In this document: in pieces, positions 32,647 through 43,671 of the stretch
Position numbering within the stretch: the stretch's first letter is position 1
Layout of the letters: each line of letters begins with the position of its first letter
NCBI GenBank assembly: GCA_035263405.1
Contig: DATFRI010000095.1
Span: forward strand, 27,614 to 91,613
Length of the DNA stretch: 64,000 bases
Origin: Actinomycetes bacterium
Lineage (GTDB): Bacteria; Actinomycetota; CALGFH01
Reading direction: 5' to 3'
The notes under the pieces: model-generated
Told to the model about the DNA's origin: nothing
Databases searched by the model: none
Seen by the model: the letters and a program-made list of their open reading frames with translations, nothing else
Position numbers and translations under genes: made by a program

Positions 32647-33861
32647 GTGGCAACCTCGCACGATCAGGCGGTACGAGCTCGTTCCCCCGGTCAGGACCCC
32701 GACGACCCGTACCCACCCGTCGCCACGCTCGCCCAGCGCATCCGGCCCGCCACGCACCTCGACTTCCAGGGGTACAGCACGCCCCGCGACGGCGCGCTGT
32801 CGACGGCCCCGGCGGACGCGCCCCTGCGCCGCCTGGACCTCAACGAGGGCCCGGCCGCCCCGCCGGAGCTGGTCGAGGAGTGGCTCGAGCGGCTCAAGGT
32901 CCGCGCGCTGCACGTCTACCCCGACGAGCACGCCTCGACGCTGCGGGCGGCCGTCGCCGGGCACGTCGGCGTCGAGCCCGACCAGGTCGCGGTCGGCGCC
33001 GGCAGCGTGCAGCTCTACCAGGCCGTCCCGCTCGCCTTCGCCGGCCCGGGCCGAACGGCGCTGGTGTTCACGCCCACCTACGGCGCGTACTTCCCCACCG
33101 TACGCAGCACCGGGACGCGGATCCTCGCCCGGCCGCTCGGCCGCAGCGCCAGGCGCTTCGACGCGATGCCGTGGCTGGCCGCCGAGACCGGTGCCGACCT
33201 GGTGATCTGCTGCTCGCCCAACAACCCCACGGGCGAGGTCATCCCCAACGACGTGATCGCCGACCTCTGTGCGGCGACCGACGGCATCGTCATGGTGGAC
33301 GAGGCCTACGGCGAGTTCGGCTCCTCCAACGCGACCGCGCTGCTGCCCCGCTTCCCCAACCTGATCGTGACCGGCAGCACCTCCAAGGCGTTCAGCCTGG
33401 CGTTCCTGCGGGCGGGCTGGGCGACCGCCAGGGCCGAGATCACCAGCGTCCTGGCGAAGGTCCAGACCCCCTGGCACATCTCCGGTCCCGCCGAGCTGGC
33501 CGCGACGCTCGCGCTGACCACCTACCGCGACGAGATCGCGGCGAACGTCAAGGACGTGATGCGCGAGCGCGACCGCCTGGCCGTCGAGCTGCCGCGGATC
33601 CACGGCGTCGAGGAGGTCCTGCCGTCCGAGGGCAACTTCGTCGCCTTCCGGACCTCCCGTCCCGCGACCGACACGTGGGCGGAGCTGCTCGCCATGGGGA
33701 TCCAGATCCGCAACCTCAGCCACATCATGGAGGATCCCAACTACCTGCGCGTCTCGGTGACCAACATCGCCGCGGACACCGACGCGTTCATGCGGGCGCT
33801 CGCGGAGGTCCTGGGCGGCGGGGCGCTGGGGGGTCCGCGGTCCCCACGGCCCTCCGGCTGA
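32647..33861 (+). CDS. class-I/II PLP-dependent aminotransferase (histidinol-phosphate aminotransferase family-like)
   Basis: GTG 32647 with GGGAGAG RBS. CSPNNPTG motif, plus typical RALHVYPD...AVGAGSVQLYQ...TGSTSKAF(S) regions including the putative PLP-lysine region; 404 aa. Confidence 0.75.
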   Translation: MATSHDQAVRARSPGQDPDDPYPPVATLAQRIRPATHLDFQGYSTPRDGALSTAPADAPLRRLDLNEGPAAPPELVEEWLERLKVRALHVYPDEHASTLRAAVAGHVGVEPDQVAVGAGSVQLYQAVPLAFAGPGRTALVFTPTYGAYFPTVRSTGTRILARPLGRSARRFDAMPWLAAETGADLVICCSPNNPTGEVIPNDVIADLCAATDGIVMVDEAYGEFGSSNATALLPRFPNLIVTGSTSKAFSLAFLRAGWATARAEITSVLAKVQTPWHISGPAELAATLALTTYRDEIAANVKDVMRERDRLAVELPRIHGVEEVLPSEGNFVAFRTSRPATDTWAELLAMGIQIRNLSHIMEDPNYLRVSVTNIAADTDAFMRALAEVLGGGALGGPRSPRPSG

Positions 33862-33884
33862 CGTCCGCCGGGGTGAGCGTGCTT

Positions 33885-33927
33885 CCCGGCGGGTGTGGCG
33901 AGCCGGCGGCCCGCCACACCCGCCGGG
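33885..33927. terminator. bidirectional intrinsic terminator hairpin (16-bp perfect stem CCCGGCGGGTGTGGCG / CGCCACACCCGCCGGG, 11-nt loop) between convergent genes
   Basis: Read directly; lies between the aminotransferase stop (33861) and the minus-strand gene stop (33932). Confidence 0.55.
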
Positions 33928-33931
33928 CGCG

Positions 33932-34855
33932 TCAGCGCCGGTCCACCAGCTCCACCGAGTACCCGGTGTCAGGGGCAGGGGTGACGGAGAAGCGGGCGTT
34001 GACCACGTACAGGCGCTCGTGGAAGGCCGCGATCGTGGTCGGGGTGTCGAAGTCGGGATCGGTGATCCGCTCGACGACCCGGCCGGCGGTCAGGTCACGG
34101 CGCAGCTCGACCTTGGCGACCTGGTTGGTCGAGCCCTCCACGGCGTACAGGGTGCGGCCGCGCAGCAGGAGGCCGTCACCCGCGACCTTCTCGCCGCCGA
34201 GGTCGATCTCGCCGGTCGCCCCCGACGTCGGGTCGACGGTGAAGAGCCGGCCGGTGTTGGACTGCACGATCACCAGCACCCGACCGCCGCGGGCGGACTC
34301 GATGCCGTTGGTGTTGAACCCGTCCTGGAACTTGATGTCCCCGGTCAGCGGCAGCGTGGTGACCTCGTCCTGGGCGGGCAGGCCGCCCGCCAGCGGCACC
34401 TGGTACAGCGCCTGCTTGAAGGAGTCGGTGAACCAGGCGGACCGCCCGGTCACCACGACGTCGTTGACGAAGGTCTCACCCGTGGCCAGCTCGTAGGAGG
34501 CCAGCAGCATGCCGCTACGGGCCGAGTAGACGAACGCGCGGCCCGTCGCGCCGCCGGCGACGAACAGCATGCCGTGCCAGACCTTGAGGCCGATCGCGGA
34601 GCGGCCCTCCGCGCCGGGCACCAGCACCTCGCCCTTGCCGGTGCGCACGTCGCCGCGGTACACCGCGCCGGTGGGGATCGAGCCGACGTAGAAGTTCCCG
34701 TGCTCGTCGATCGCGATGCCCTCGGGCTGGAAGCCGCCGGGCAGCGGGAGTGACGAGGGCAGCTTGCCGCCGGCCGAGGCGGCCGGGGCGGCGGCGCACA
34801 CGGCGAGCAGCGCCGTCATGACCGCGAGCAGGAGGAGGCGTCGAGTCCTTGCCAT
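33932..34855 (-). CDS. secreted SMP-30/gluconolactonase/LRE-like six-bladed beta-propeller protein
   Basis: Signal peptide MARTRRLLLLAVMTALLAVCAAAPAASA; blade-like repeats (GIAIDEHGNFYV, AIGLKVWHGMLFVAGG, ...). Start ATG 34855. Confidence 0.6.
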   Translation of the reverse strand: MARTRRLLLLAVMTALLAVCAAAPAASAGGKLPSSLPLPGGFQPEGIAIDEHGNFYVGSIPTGAVYRGDVRTGKGEVLVPGAEGRSAIGLKVWHGMLFVAGGATGRAFVYSARSGMLLASYELATGETFVNDVVVTGRSAWFTDSFKQALYQVPLAGGLPAQDEVTTLPLTGDIKFQDGFNTNGIESARGGRVLVIVQSNTGRLFTVDPTSGATGEIDLGGEKVAGDGLLLRGRTLYAVEGSTNQVAKVELRRDLTAGRVVERITDPDFDTPTTIAAFHERLYVVNARFSVTPAPDTGYSVELVDRR

Positions 34856-35882
34856 TGGGGGTCGCATCACCTTTCGTGGACGATGGCTGGCCGGAGCGGA
34901 CAGGTCTCGTGGGCGGACAGGTCTCGTAGCGGACGCTTGCAAGCTGCAAGCCTCGCGCAAGCAACCCGATCGGGCAACCCGAGCACGCGCCAGCCTCTCC
35001 GCAGGACACGGCGCCCTGTCGTGCGATCCCTCTTTTCGGAATTGACTCGTGGATCCTGATGAGGAAAGTTGAGCGGGCGGGGACCCCCATCCCCGCGGTC
35101 AGGTCCGATCACAATGTGGAGCTGTCTGTCGTGGGTGCTCGGCGGGTTCTCCAGCAAGTCCGTGGGCCGGCGAGGCTGACGCACGGAGACCGTCTCCGCT
35201 CCAGGCCTTCGTTCCCCCGGGTTTCGCCCCGGGTGTCCACCCCCACCCCGGCTGAAGCACGGAATTCGCCGATCCGGTGCGACCGGGTCCCAGCCACCTC
35301 CGAACAGGGTGAACCAGCCGCGAGGAGGTGATTCTCCGATGGCAATCTCCAGTGCCATTTCGTCTGCCCGATCACAGGGCCGGGCCAGGATTTCCGGTGC
35401 GTGGTCTCGACGAGCGACTTCACGGGTGGCCTGGACGACCGGGCCGGGCCGGCGGAGACCGAAAACGCCTGGGGAGGCAGTGTCAGCCCAGAGGGGACCC
35501 CTGGCAGGTGCCAGCGAAGGTGGGACGCGGCGGCTGGACCGCGGTCCCACCCCGAGACCGGTGGACGGCTCGGCCGCTTCCCCCGTGGGCCGGCAGAAGG
35601 AGCTCGGCCGGATCCCGTACCGGACGTTCTGAGGCCTGGCCCGCCCACGTCGTGCGCGCAACGCGCGGTGGAGTGCCGGATCCGCGGAATCCGGGGACTT
35701 CCTTTGTACAGAATGTTGAGGGCGGTCGGGACGCCGGATCGCGTACGGTACTTGGCGTGTGCTGCGCGGCACGTCGGTCGGCCGCTGGCGACGGTGTCCG
35801 TGCTGCCACCTGACTCGAGGTGAGCGGCTCCATCGGTGGGTGTCGCCGCACCTCCGGTGGGAAGGAGAGGCGCTGCGTCGTC

Positions 35883-36950
35883 ATGAGCGACCCGCGTGAG
35901 GACGTGGCGGTCCGTCTGCGTGGCATCTCCAAGCGCTTCGGCCCGGTCACCGCCGTCGACGGCGTCGACCTGGACGTCCGCGAGGGCGAGTTCATCACGC
36001 TGCTGGGGCCGTCCGGCTCGGGGAAGACGACCCTGCTGCGCATGATCGCCGGCTTCGAGCTGCCGACCGCGGGCACGATCGAGCTGGGCGGCGTGGACGT
36101 CACCGGCAAGCCTCCCTTCGACCGGGACGTCAACACTGTCTTCCAGGACTACGCGCTGTTTCCCCATATGAACGTGGCCGTGAACGTCGGGTACGGGCTG
36201 CGCGTGCGCAAGGTCGCGCGGGCGCGGCGGCGCGAGCGGGTCGAGCGGGCGCTGGCGCAGGTGCGGCTGGAGGGGTTCGGCGAGCGCCGGCCGCACGAGC
36301 TGTCCGGCGGGCAGCGCCAGCGCGTCGCGCTGGCGCGCGCGCTGGTGAACCGGCCGCGGGTGCTGCTGCTCGACGAGCCGCTCGGGGCGCTGGACCTCAA
36401 GCTGCGCCAGCAGATGCAGATCGAGCTGAAGGCCATCCAGTCCGAGGTCGGGATCACGTTCGTGTTCGTGACCCACGACCAGGAGGAGGCCCTGACGATG
36501 AGCGACCGCATCGCGGTCCTGCGCGGGGGGCGGATCGAGCAGCTCGGCACGCCGGCGGAGGTGTACGAGGGGCCGCTGACGCCGTTCGTGGCCGGGTTCG
36601 TCGGCACCTCGAACCTGCTGGAGGGCGAGGCCGCGCGCAAGCTGGTCGGCCAGGGCGGCCAGTTCACCGTCCGCCCGGAGAAGATCCACGTGACCGGGCC
36701 GGGCGCCCCGCCGCCGCCCGGCCACAGCTCCGCCGACGGCACGGTCCGCGACGTCGCCTACGTCGGCCCCGTGACCCGGCTGACCGTGCAGCTGGACGCC
36801 GGTCCGGACCTGGTGGTGCTCCAGCAGAACCTCGCCAGCAGCTCGTCGCAGGTCCAGGCGCTCGCCGGCACGCGGGTTCGGCTGGTGTGGCGCGCCGAGC
36901 ACAACTTCCGCCTCTCCCCGGCACCGGTGCCGGCTCCCGCAGGAGGATGA
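35883..36950 (+). CDS. ABC importer ATP-binding protein (PotA/spermidine-putrescine type)
   Basis: Walker [10 protein letters not shown], signature LSGGQRQRV, Walker [13 protein letters not shown]-terminal TOBE-like domain. Confidence 0.8.
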   Translation: MSDPREDVAVRLRGISKRFGPVTAVDGVDLDVREGEFITLLGPSGSGKTTLLRMIAGFELPTAGTIELGGVDVTGKPPFDRDVNTVFQDYALFPHMNVAVNVGYGLRVRKVARARRRERVERALAQVRLEGFGERRPHELSGGQRQRVALARALVNRPRVLLLDEPLGALDLKLRQQMQIELKAIQSEVGITFVFVTHDQEEALTMSDRIAVLRGGRIEQLGTPAEVYEGPLTPFVAGFVGTSNLLEGEAARKLVGQGGQFTVRPEKIHVTGPGAPPPPGHSSADGTVRDVAYVGPVTRLTVQLDAGPDLVVLQQNLASSSSQVQALAGTRVRLVWRAEHNFRLSPAPVPAPAGG

Positions 36951-36952
36951 CC

Positions 36953-38155
36953 ATGAACAGGACGATCTGGCGCCCGGCCGTGCTGACCGTGCTCCTGGCG
37001 CTGGTGCTCGCCGCCTGCGGCGACTCCGGCGGCGGGGGCGGGCCGACCGGGGAGGGCTCCGGCTTCACGCCGCCGAGCGTGCCCACGCAGCAGTCGCTCG
37101 GGCCGGGTGAGGGCAGCGTCAACCTGGTCGCCTGGGCGGGCTACGTCGAGAACGGCTCGACCGACCCCAAGGTCGACTGGGTGACCCCGTTCACGCAGGC
37201 GACCAGCTGCAAGGTGAACGTCAAGGTCGCCGGCTCCTCCGACGAGATGGTCCAGCTCATGAAGTCCGGCGAGTACGACGGGGTGTCGGCCTCCGGGGAC
37301 GCGTCGCTGCGGCTGATCGCCGCCGGCGACGTCGCGCCGGTCAAGGTGGACCTGGTGCCCAACTACCAGGACGTGTTCGAGGGCCTGAAGCTCCAGCCCT
37401 GGAACTCGGTCAAGGGCGTCCCCTACGGCATCCCCCACGGCCGCGGCGCCAACCTGCTGATGTGGCGCACCGACAAGGTCGAGCCCGCGCCGGACTCGTG
37501 GGGGATCGTGTTCAACCCGTCGTCGCCCTTCAAGGGCAAGGTCACGGCCTACGACTCGCCGATCTACATCGCCGACGCGGCGCTGTACCTCAAGTCGACC
37601 CGGCCGGAGCTCGGCATCACCAACCCCTACGAGCTGGACGACAAGCAGTTCCAGGCGTCGGTGGACCTGCTCAAGCAGCAGGCCGGGATCATCGGCGAGT
37701 ACTGGAGCGACTACACCAAGGAGGTCCAGGCCTTCAAGTCCGGCTCCAGCGTCGTCGGCACCACCTGGCAGGTGATCGCCAACCTCGCCAAGGCCGACAA
37801 GGCGCCGGTCGAGGTCGTCCTGCCCAAGGAGGGCAGCACGGGCTGGTCGGACACGTGGATGATCTCCTCCAAGGCCAGGCACCCCAACTGCATGTACCGC
37901 TGGATGGACCACATCATCTCGCCCAAGGCGAACGCCCAGGTCGCCGAGTGGTTCGGCGAGGCGCCGTCGAACCGGCTGGCGTGCGGCCAGACCGCCGACA
38001 AGAACCACTGCACGACCTTCCACGCGACCGACGAGGCGTACTTCTCCAAGGTCGCCTACTGGTCCACGCCGATCGCCGACTGCGGCGACGACCGCGGTCA
38101 GGTCTGCAAGGACTACGCGGAGTGGACCCGGGCGTGGACCGAGATCAAGGGATGA
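36953..38155 (+). CDS. ABC importer substrate-binding lipoprotein (PotD/PotF-like)
   Basis: ATG 36953, 6 nt after GGAGGA, 2 nt after the upstream stop. Lipobox LAAC; about 400 aa periplasmic-binding fold. Confidence 0.8.
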   Translation: MNRTIWRPAVLTVLLALVLAACGDSGGGGGPTGEGSGFTPPSVPTQQSLGPGEGSVNLVAWAGYVENGSTDPKVDWVTPFTQATSCKVNVKVAGSSDEMVQLMKSGEYDGVSASGDASLRLIAAGDVAPVKVDLVPNYQDVFEGLKLQPWNSVKGVPYGIPHGRGANLLMWRTDKVEPAPDSWGIVFNPSSPFKGKVTAYDSPIYIADAALYLKSTRPELGITNPYELDDKQFQASVDLLKQQAGIIGEYWSDYTKEVQAFKSGSSVVGTTWQVIANLAKADKAPVEVVLPKEGSTGWSDTWMISSKARHPNCMYRWMDHIISPKANAQVAEWFGEAPSNRLACGQTADKNHCTTFHATDEAYFSKVAYWSTPIADCGDDRGQVCKDYAEWTRAWTEIKG

Positions 38156-38204
38156 CCGCCCCGGTGGGCCCGGAGGCCGCCCGGGCCCGGCGGGCTGCGC
38201 CCCG

Positions 38205-39107
38205 GTGAGCAGCGCGCCGGCGGTGGCGGGCGGGCGCGGCGGCTGGCTGCGCCCGCTGTCGCGCGTGCTCCACCGCCGGCCGCGCCTGCGGCTCGCGCTG
38301 CTGCTGACCGGACCGCTCGGGTGGCTGCTGGTCGCCTACATCGGCTCGCTGGCGGTGCTGCTGCTGTCGGCGCTGTGGAGCACCGACAGCTTCACGGGGG
38401 AGCTGGTGCGCGAGCCGACCACGGACAACTTCCGGACGCTGCTGTCCAGCGAGGTCTACCGGGCGATCACGCTGCGCACGCTCGGCGTGGCCGCCGGGGT
38501 CACCGTGGTGGACGTCCTGCTCGGCTTCCCGATCGCGTTCTACATGGCCAAGGTCGCCTCGCCGCGCTGGCGGCGGCTGCTGCTCGTGGCGGTGCTGACG
38601 CCGCTGTGGGCGAGCTACCTGGTCAAGGCGTACGCGTGGCGGGTGATGCTGGGCTCGGGCGGGGTGCTGGACTGGCTGCTCGGGCCGCTCGGGGTGCACA
38701 CGCCCGGGTACGGGCTCGCCGGGGTCTGGATCGTGCTCAGCTACCTGTGGCTGCCGTACATGATCCTGCCGATCTTCGCCGGGCTGGAGCGGCTGCCCGA
38801 CTCGCTGCTGGAGGCGTCCTCCGACCTCGGCGCGGGCGCCTGGCGCACGTTCCGCTCGGTGATCCTGCCGCTCGCCTTCCCCGCGGTCGTGGCCGGGTCG
38901 ATCTTCACCTTCTCCCTGTCGCTGGGCGACTACGTGGCGGTCAACATCGTCGGCGGCAAGACCCAGATGATCGGCAACGTCATCTACGCCAGCGTCGGCG
39001 CGGCCAACGACCTGCCGTTCGCCGCCGCCCTCGCGACCGTCCCGGTGGTGGTCATGCTGGCCTACCTGCTGCTGGCGCGGCGGGCCGGCGCGTTCGAGAG
39101 CCTCTGA
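38205..39107 (+). CDS. ABC importer permease (PotB-like)
   Basis: 6-TM permease with EAA-like loop (EASSDLGAGAWRTFRSVILPL). Confidence 0.8.
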   Translation: MSSAPAVAGGRGGWLRPLSRVLHRRPRLRLALLLTGPLGWLLVAYIGSLAVLLLSALWSTDSFTGELVREPTTDNFRTLLSSEVYRAITLRTLGVAAGVTVVDVLLGFPIAFYMAKVASPRWRRLLLVAVLTPLWASYLVKAYAWRVMLGSGGVLDWLLGPLGVHTPGYGLAGVWIVLSYLWLPYMILPIFAGLERLPDSLLEASSDLGAGAWRTFRSVILPLAFPAVVAGSIFTFSLSLGDYVAVNIVGGKTQMIGNVIYASVGAANDLPFAAALATVPVVVMLAYLLLARRAGAFESL

Positions 39108-39919
39108 TGCACCTGTCGCCCGCGGCCCGCCTGGCGCTGCGCCTGGTCACCGCCGCCGGCCTGGCGTTCGTGTACGTGCCCCTGCTGGTGGTGGTGATCA
39201 GCTCGTTCAACAGCGCCAGGATCTTCACCTGGCCGCCGGACGGCTTCACGCTCGAGTGGTGGGGACGGGCCTGGGACAACCCGGGGGCGCGCGCCGCGCT
39301 GTCGGCGTCGCTGCGCGCCGCGCTCGGCGCCACCGCGATCGCGCTGGTGCTGGGCACGCTGCTGTCCTTCGCGGTGCAGCGGCACCGGTTCTTCGGCCGC
39401 GAGGCGGTCAACCTCCTGGTGGTCCTGCCGATCGCCCTGCCCGGCATCGTCACCGGGATCGCGCTGCAGTCCAGCTTCCGGGTGCTCGGCGTGTCGCTGT
39501 CGCTGTGGACGATCGTGGTCGGCCACGCGACGTTCTGCGTCGTGGTGGTGTTCAACAACGTCGTGGCGCGCCTGCGGCGGGTCTCCCGCTCGCTGGAGGA
39601 GGCGTCGATGGACCTCGGCGCGGACGCCTTCGAGACCTTCCGGCTGGTGACGTTCCCGGCGCTGCGCTCGGCCCTGCTGGCCGGCGGGCTGCTGGCGTTC
39701 GCGCTGTCGTTCGACGAGATCATCGTGACGACCTTCACCGCCGGCCCCGGCGACCAGACGCTGCCGTTGTGGATCTTCACCAACCTGACCAGGCCCAACC
39801 AGGCCCCGGTCGTCAACGTGGTGGCGGTGCTGCTGATCGCCGTCTCGGTGGTGCCGATCTGGCTCGCCCAGCGCCTGTCCGAGGGCGCCCTGCGCGGCGG
39901 CGCAGCCGGCGCCCACTGA
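39107..39919 (+). CDS. ABC importer permease (PotC-like)
   Basis: ATGA overlap with the upstream stop; EAA loop EEASMDLGADAFETFRLVTFPAL. Confidence 0.8.
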   Translation: MHLSPAARLALRLVTAAGLAFVYVPLLVVVISSFNSARIFTWPPDGFTLEWWGRAWDNPGARAALSASLRAALGATAIALVLGTLLSFAVQRHRFFGREAVNLLVVLPIALPGIVTGIALQSSFRVLGVSLSLWTIVVGHATFCVVVVFNNVVARLRRVSRSLEEASMDLGADAFETFRLVTFPALRSALLAGGLLAFALSFDEIIVTTFTAGPGDQTLPLWIFTNLTRPNQAPVVNVVAVLLIAVSVVPIWLAQRLSEGALRGGAAGAH

Positions 39920-39974
39920 CGGCGCCGCAGCCGGGCAGCGCCCGCTTCTGCACCCGACCGGTTACGATGCCGGC

Positions 39975-40904
39975 GTGCCACTCATCGAGACCGAGCGCCT
40001 CACCAAGCGCTACCCCAGGGCGGTGACGGCGCTCGACGAGCTGAGCGTCAACGTCGAACCGGGCGTGATCGGCCTGGTCGGCGCCAACGGCGCGGGCAAG
40101 AGCACGCTGATCAAGATCCTGCTCGGACTGCTGGAGCCCACCTCGGGCGCGGCGCGGGTGCTGGACCTGGACGTACGGCGGGACGGGGAGCGGATCCGCG
40201 GCCTGGTCGGCTACATGCCCGAGCACGACTGCCTGCCGCCGGACGTGTCCGGCACCGAGTTCCTGATCCACATGGGGCGGATGTCGGGCCTGCCGGCGGC
40301 GGTCGCCCGCGAGCGGGCGGCGGACACGCTGCGCTACGTCGGGCTGCACGAGGAGCGTTACCGCCTGATCGGCGGCTACTCGACCGGCATGAAGCAGCGC
40401 GTCAAGCTCGCCCAGGCGCTCGTCCACGACCCTCGGCTGCTGCTGCTCGACGAGCCGACCAACGGCCTGGACCCTGCCGGGCGCGACGCGATGCTCCAGC
40501 TCGTGCGGCGCATCGGCACCGAGTTCGGCATCGCCGTGCTGGTGTCCTCCCACCTGCTCGGCGAGATCGAGCGCATCTGCGAGACGCTGGTCGCGATCGA
40601 CGCCGGCCGGCTGCTGCGGTTCGCGGCCATGACCTCGTTCACCGGGCGCAGGGAGCTGCTCGCCGTGGAGGTCGACGAGGGCCTGGAGGAGCTGACCGCC
40701 GCGCTCGCCGCGCGCGGGCTGGAGCCGGTGCCCGACGGCCGCGGCCTGGTCGTCCGCCTCACCGGCGAGGACGTGTACGACGTCATCCGCGACGCCGTCG
40801 CCGACCTGCGGCTGCCCCTCAACCGCCTGGAGCAGCGCCGCCACGGCGTCGAGGAGCTGTTCCGGGACGGGCACCCGTCCACGGAGGCCGTCGGTGCCGG
40901 CTGA
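39975..40904 (+). CDS. ABC-2-type exporter ATP-binding protein
   Basis: Walker A GANGAGKST, signature YSTGMKQRV, Walker B LLLLDEPTNGLD. Confidence 0.8.
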   Translation: MPLIETERLTKRYPRAVTALDELSVNVEPGVIGLVGANGAGKSTLIKILLGLLEPTSGAARVLDLDVRRDGERIRGLVGYMPEHDCLPPDVSGTEFLIHMGRMSGLPAAVARERAADTLRYVGLHEERYRLIGGYSTGMKQRVKLAQALVHDPRLLLLDEPTNGLDPAGRDAMLQLVRRIGTEFGIAVLVSSHLLGEIERICETLVAIDAGRLLRFAAMTSFTGRRELLAVEVDEGLEELTAALAARGLEPVPDGRGLVVRLTGEDVYDVIRDAVADLRLPLNRLEQRRHGVEELFRDGHPSTEAVGAG

Positions 40905-41906
40905 CGCGCAGGAACCGACGCCCGGATCGACCGGGGGACCCGCACCTGCTCAGGTCCCCCGGACCCCCGGATCGACCGGGGGACCCGCACCTGCTCAGGT
41001 CCCCCGGACCCCCGGATCGACCGGGGGACCCGCGGCGGGGACCGCCGGAGCACCCGCCGGGGTCATCTACGACCTGGGTTACCGCAGGTACGGCGGGGTG
41101 CGCCTGGGCCGCGGCCACATCGCCCGCTCGCTGTTCCTGCACAGCCTGCGCGGGTCCTACGGGATCGGCCGGGGCGCGAGAGCCAAGATCCTCCCGTTCG
41201 CGGTGCTGGCGATCATGTGCGCGCCGGCGGCGGTCGCCGTGGTGATCGCCTCGCAGACCGGCACCCAGGAGATCAGGTACGACGCCTACCCGTTCATGTT
41301 CCAGCTGCTGATCGTGATCTTCCTGGCCGCGCAGGCGCCGGAGATGCTCTCCCGCGACCTGCGCCACCACGTGCTGCCGCTGTACTTCTCGCGGCCGCTG
41401 CGGCGCGACGACTACGCCCTGGCCAAGCTCGGCGCGATGACCACCGCCCTGTTCGCCCTGATCGCGATCCCGCTGCTGGTCCTCTTCGCCGGCATCGCGT
41501 TCACGCTGGTCTCCAAGCCCGGGGAGCTGTGGACCGAGACCACCGAGCTGGTCCCCGGGCTGGCCAACGCCGGTGTCCACGCGCTGGTCCTCGCCGCTGC
41601 CGGGCTGGCGATCAGCTCGTTCGCCTCCAGGCGGGCGTACGCGACCGGCGCGGTCGCCGGGCTGTACGTCATCAGCCAGGTGGTGGCCGACATCGTCCGC
41701 AGCGCGCCGAGCCAGGCCGTGCGCGAGCGCAGCGGCCTGCTCACCCCGTTCGACCTGCTCGAAGGCTTCAAGCAGTGGGCGCTGCGCGGCACGGCCGTGG
41801 AGGAGATCGACATCGGCGGCGCCGGGTGGCTGTACGGGCTGGTGACCGTGGCGCTGCTGGTCGCCGCCGTGGCCGTGCTGCTGGCCCGCTACCGCAGGGT
41901 GGCCGC

Positions 41907-41910
<4 letters not shown>
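40894..41910 (+). CDS. ABC-2 family permease with N-terminal TPGSTGGPAPAQVPR x3 repeat
   Basis: Polytopic (about 6 TM) after a repeated, disordered N-terminus; overlaps the upstream ATPase by 11 nt. Confidence 0.65.
40921..41031 (+). repeat. tandem 44/45-nt direct repeat, 2.5 copies (CCCGGATCGACCGGGGGACCCGCACCTGCTCAGGTCCCCCGGAC)
   Basis: Read directly; encodes the N-terminal peptide repeats of the permease. Confidence 0.6.
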
Positions 41911-42818
<908 letters not shown>

Positions 42819-42846
42819 GCGCCCCTCGCCAGGGCGGGGGGGCGGG

Positions 42847-43596
42847 GTGATGGCGTCCGCGCGCGCGGGGTGGAGGCCCCTGAACCCCGTGATCGGGCGG
42901 ATCACCGCGCGGGCGTTGCTGGGCCGACGCCGCGCGCTGCTGCTGGCGCCGCTGCCGCTGCTGCTGATCGCGCTCGCGGCCGCCGGCCGCAGCATGGACG
43001 ACCCCGCCGGCTGGGCCAACCAGGTCGTCAACGGTCTCGGCGTGTCCGCGATCCTGCCCCTGGTCGCCCTGATCATCGGCACCAGCGTGCTCGGCTCGGA
43101 GATCGAGGACGGCAGCGCCGTCGCCCTGCTCGCCAAGCCGGTCGCGCGCCGCGACGTCGTGCTGACCAAGCTCGCCGTCGCCTTCGCGGTGACCGCGCTG
43201 CTCGCGGCCCTTCCGGTGTTCCTCGCCGGCCTGGCAGCGACCGGCGAGGCCGGCGGGCTCACCGCCGGCTACACCGTCGGCGCGCTCGCCGGCTCGGTGG
43301 TCTACTGCGCGCTGTTCCTCGCGCTCAGCCTGGTGACCCGCCGCGCGGTCGCGGTCGGCCTGCTGTACGTCCTGCTCTGGGAGGGCGTCCTGGGCAGCCT
43401 CGTCGCGGGCGCCAAGTACGTCAGCGTCCGCCAGTACCTGCTGGGGATGGCCCACTCGGTCGCCTCCTCGGACCTGATCGACGCCCACCTGTCCGCGGTC
43501 GTGGCGGTCGTCATGAGCATCCTGGTGACCGCCGCCGCCGCCGCCCTGGCGGTCAACCGCCTGCGCTCCTTCAGCCTCAAGGGCGAGAGCACCTGA
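42847..43596 (+). CDS. ABC-2 family permease (second pair)
   Basis: 249 aa, about 6 TM. Confidence 0.7.
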   Translation: MMASARAGWRPLNPVIGRITARALLGRRRALLLAPLPLLLIALAAAGRSMDDPAGWANQVVNGLGVSAILPLVALIIGTSVLGSEIEDGSAVALLAKPVARRDVVLTKLAVAFAVTALLAALPVFLAGLAATGEAGGLTAGYTVGALAGSVVYCALFLALSLVTRRAVAVGLLYVLLWEGVLGSLVAGAKYVSVRQYLLGMAHSVASSDLIDAHLSAVVAVVMSILVTAAAAALAVNRLRSFSLKGEST

Positions 43597-43671
43597 CCGC
43601 GGCCTCTCGAAGCCCGGCTCGGGCGGCAGGCACAACGCACCATGACGCCGCTGGCTCGCAGGCGAGATGGA

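Noticed and set aside
34961-35882. Large non-coding region as RNase P RNA, tmRNA, SRP RNA or cobalamin riboswitch
   Set aside because: None of the universally conserved motifs are present (P4 GGAAAGUCCGGGCUCC / AGGGUGAAA for RNase P, tmRNA CCA-end T-arm, SRP GGUCAGGUCCGGAAGGAAGCAGCC, B12 box GCCACUG). It is kept only as an unassigned structured region.
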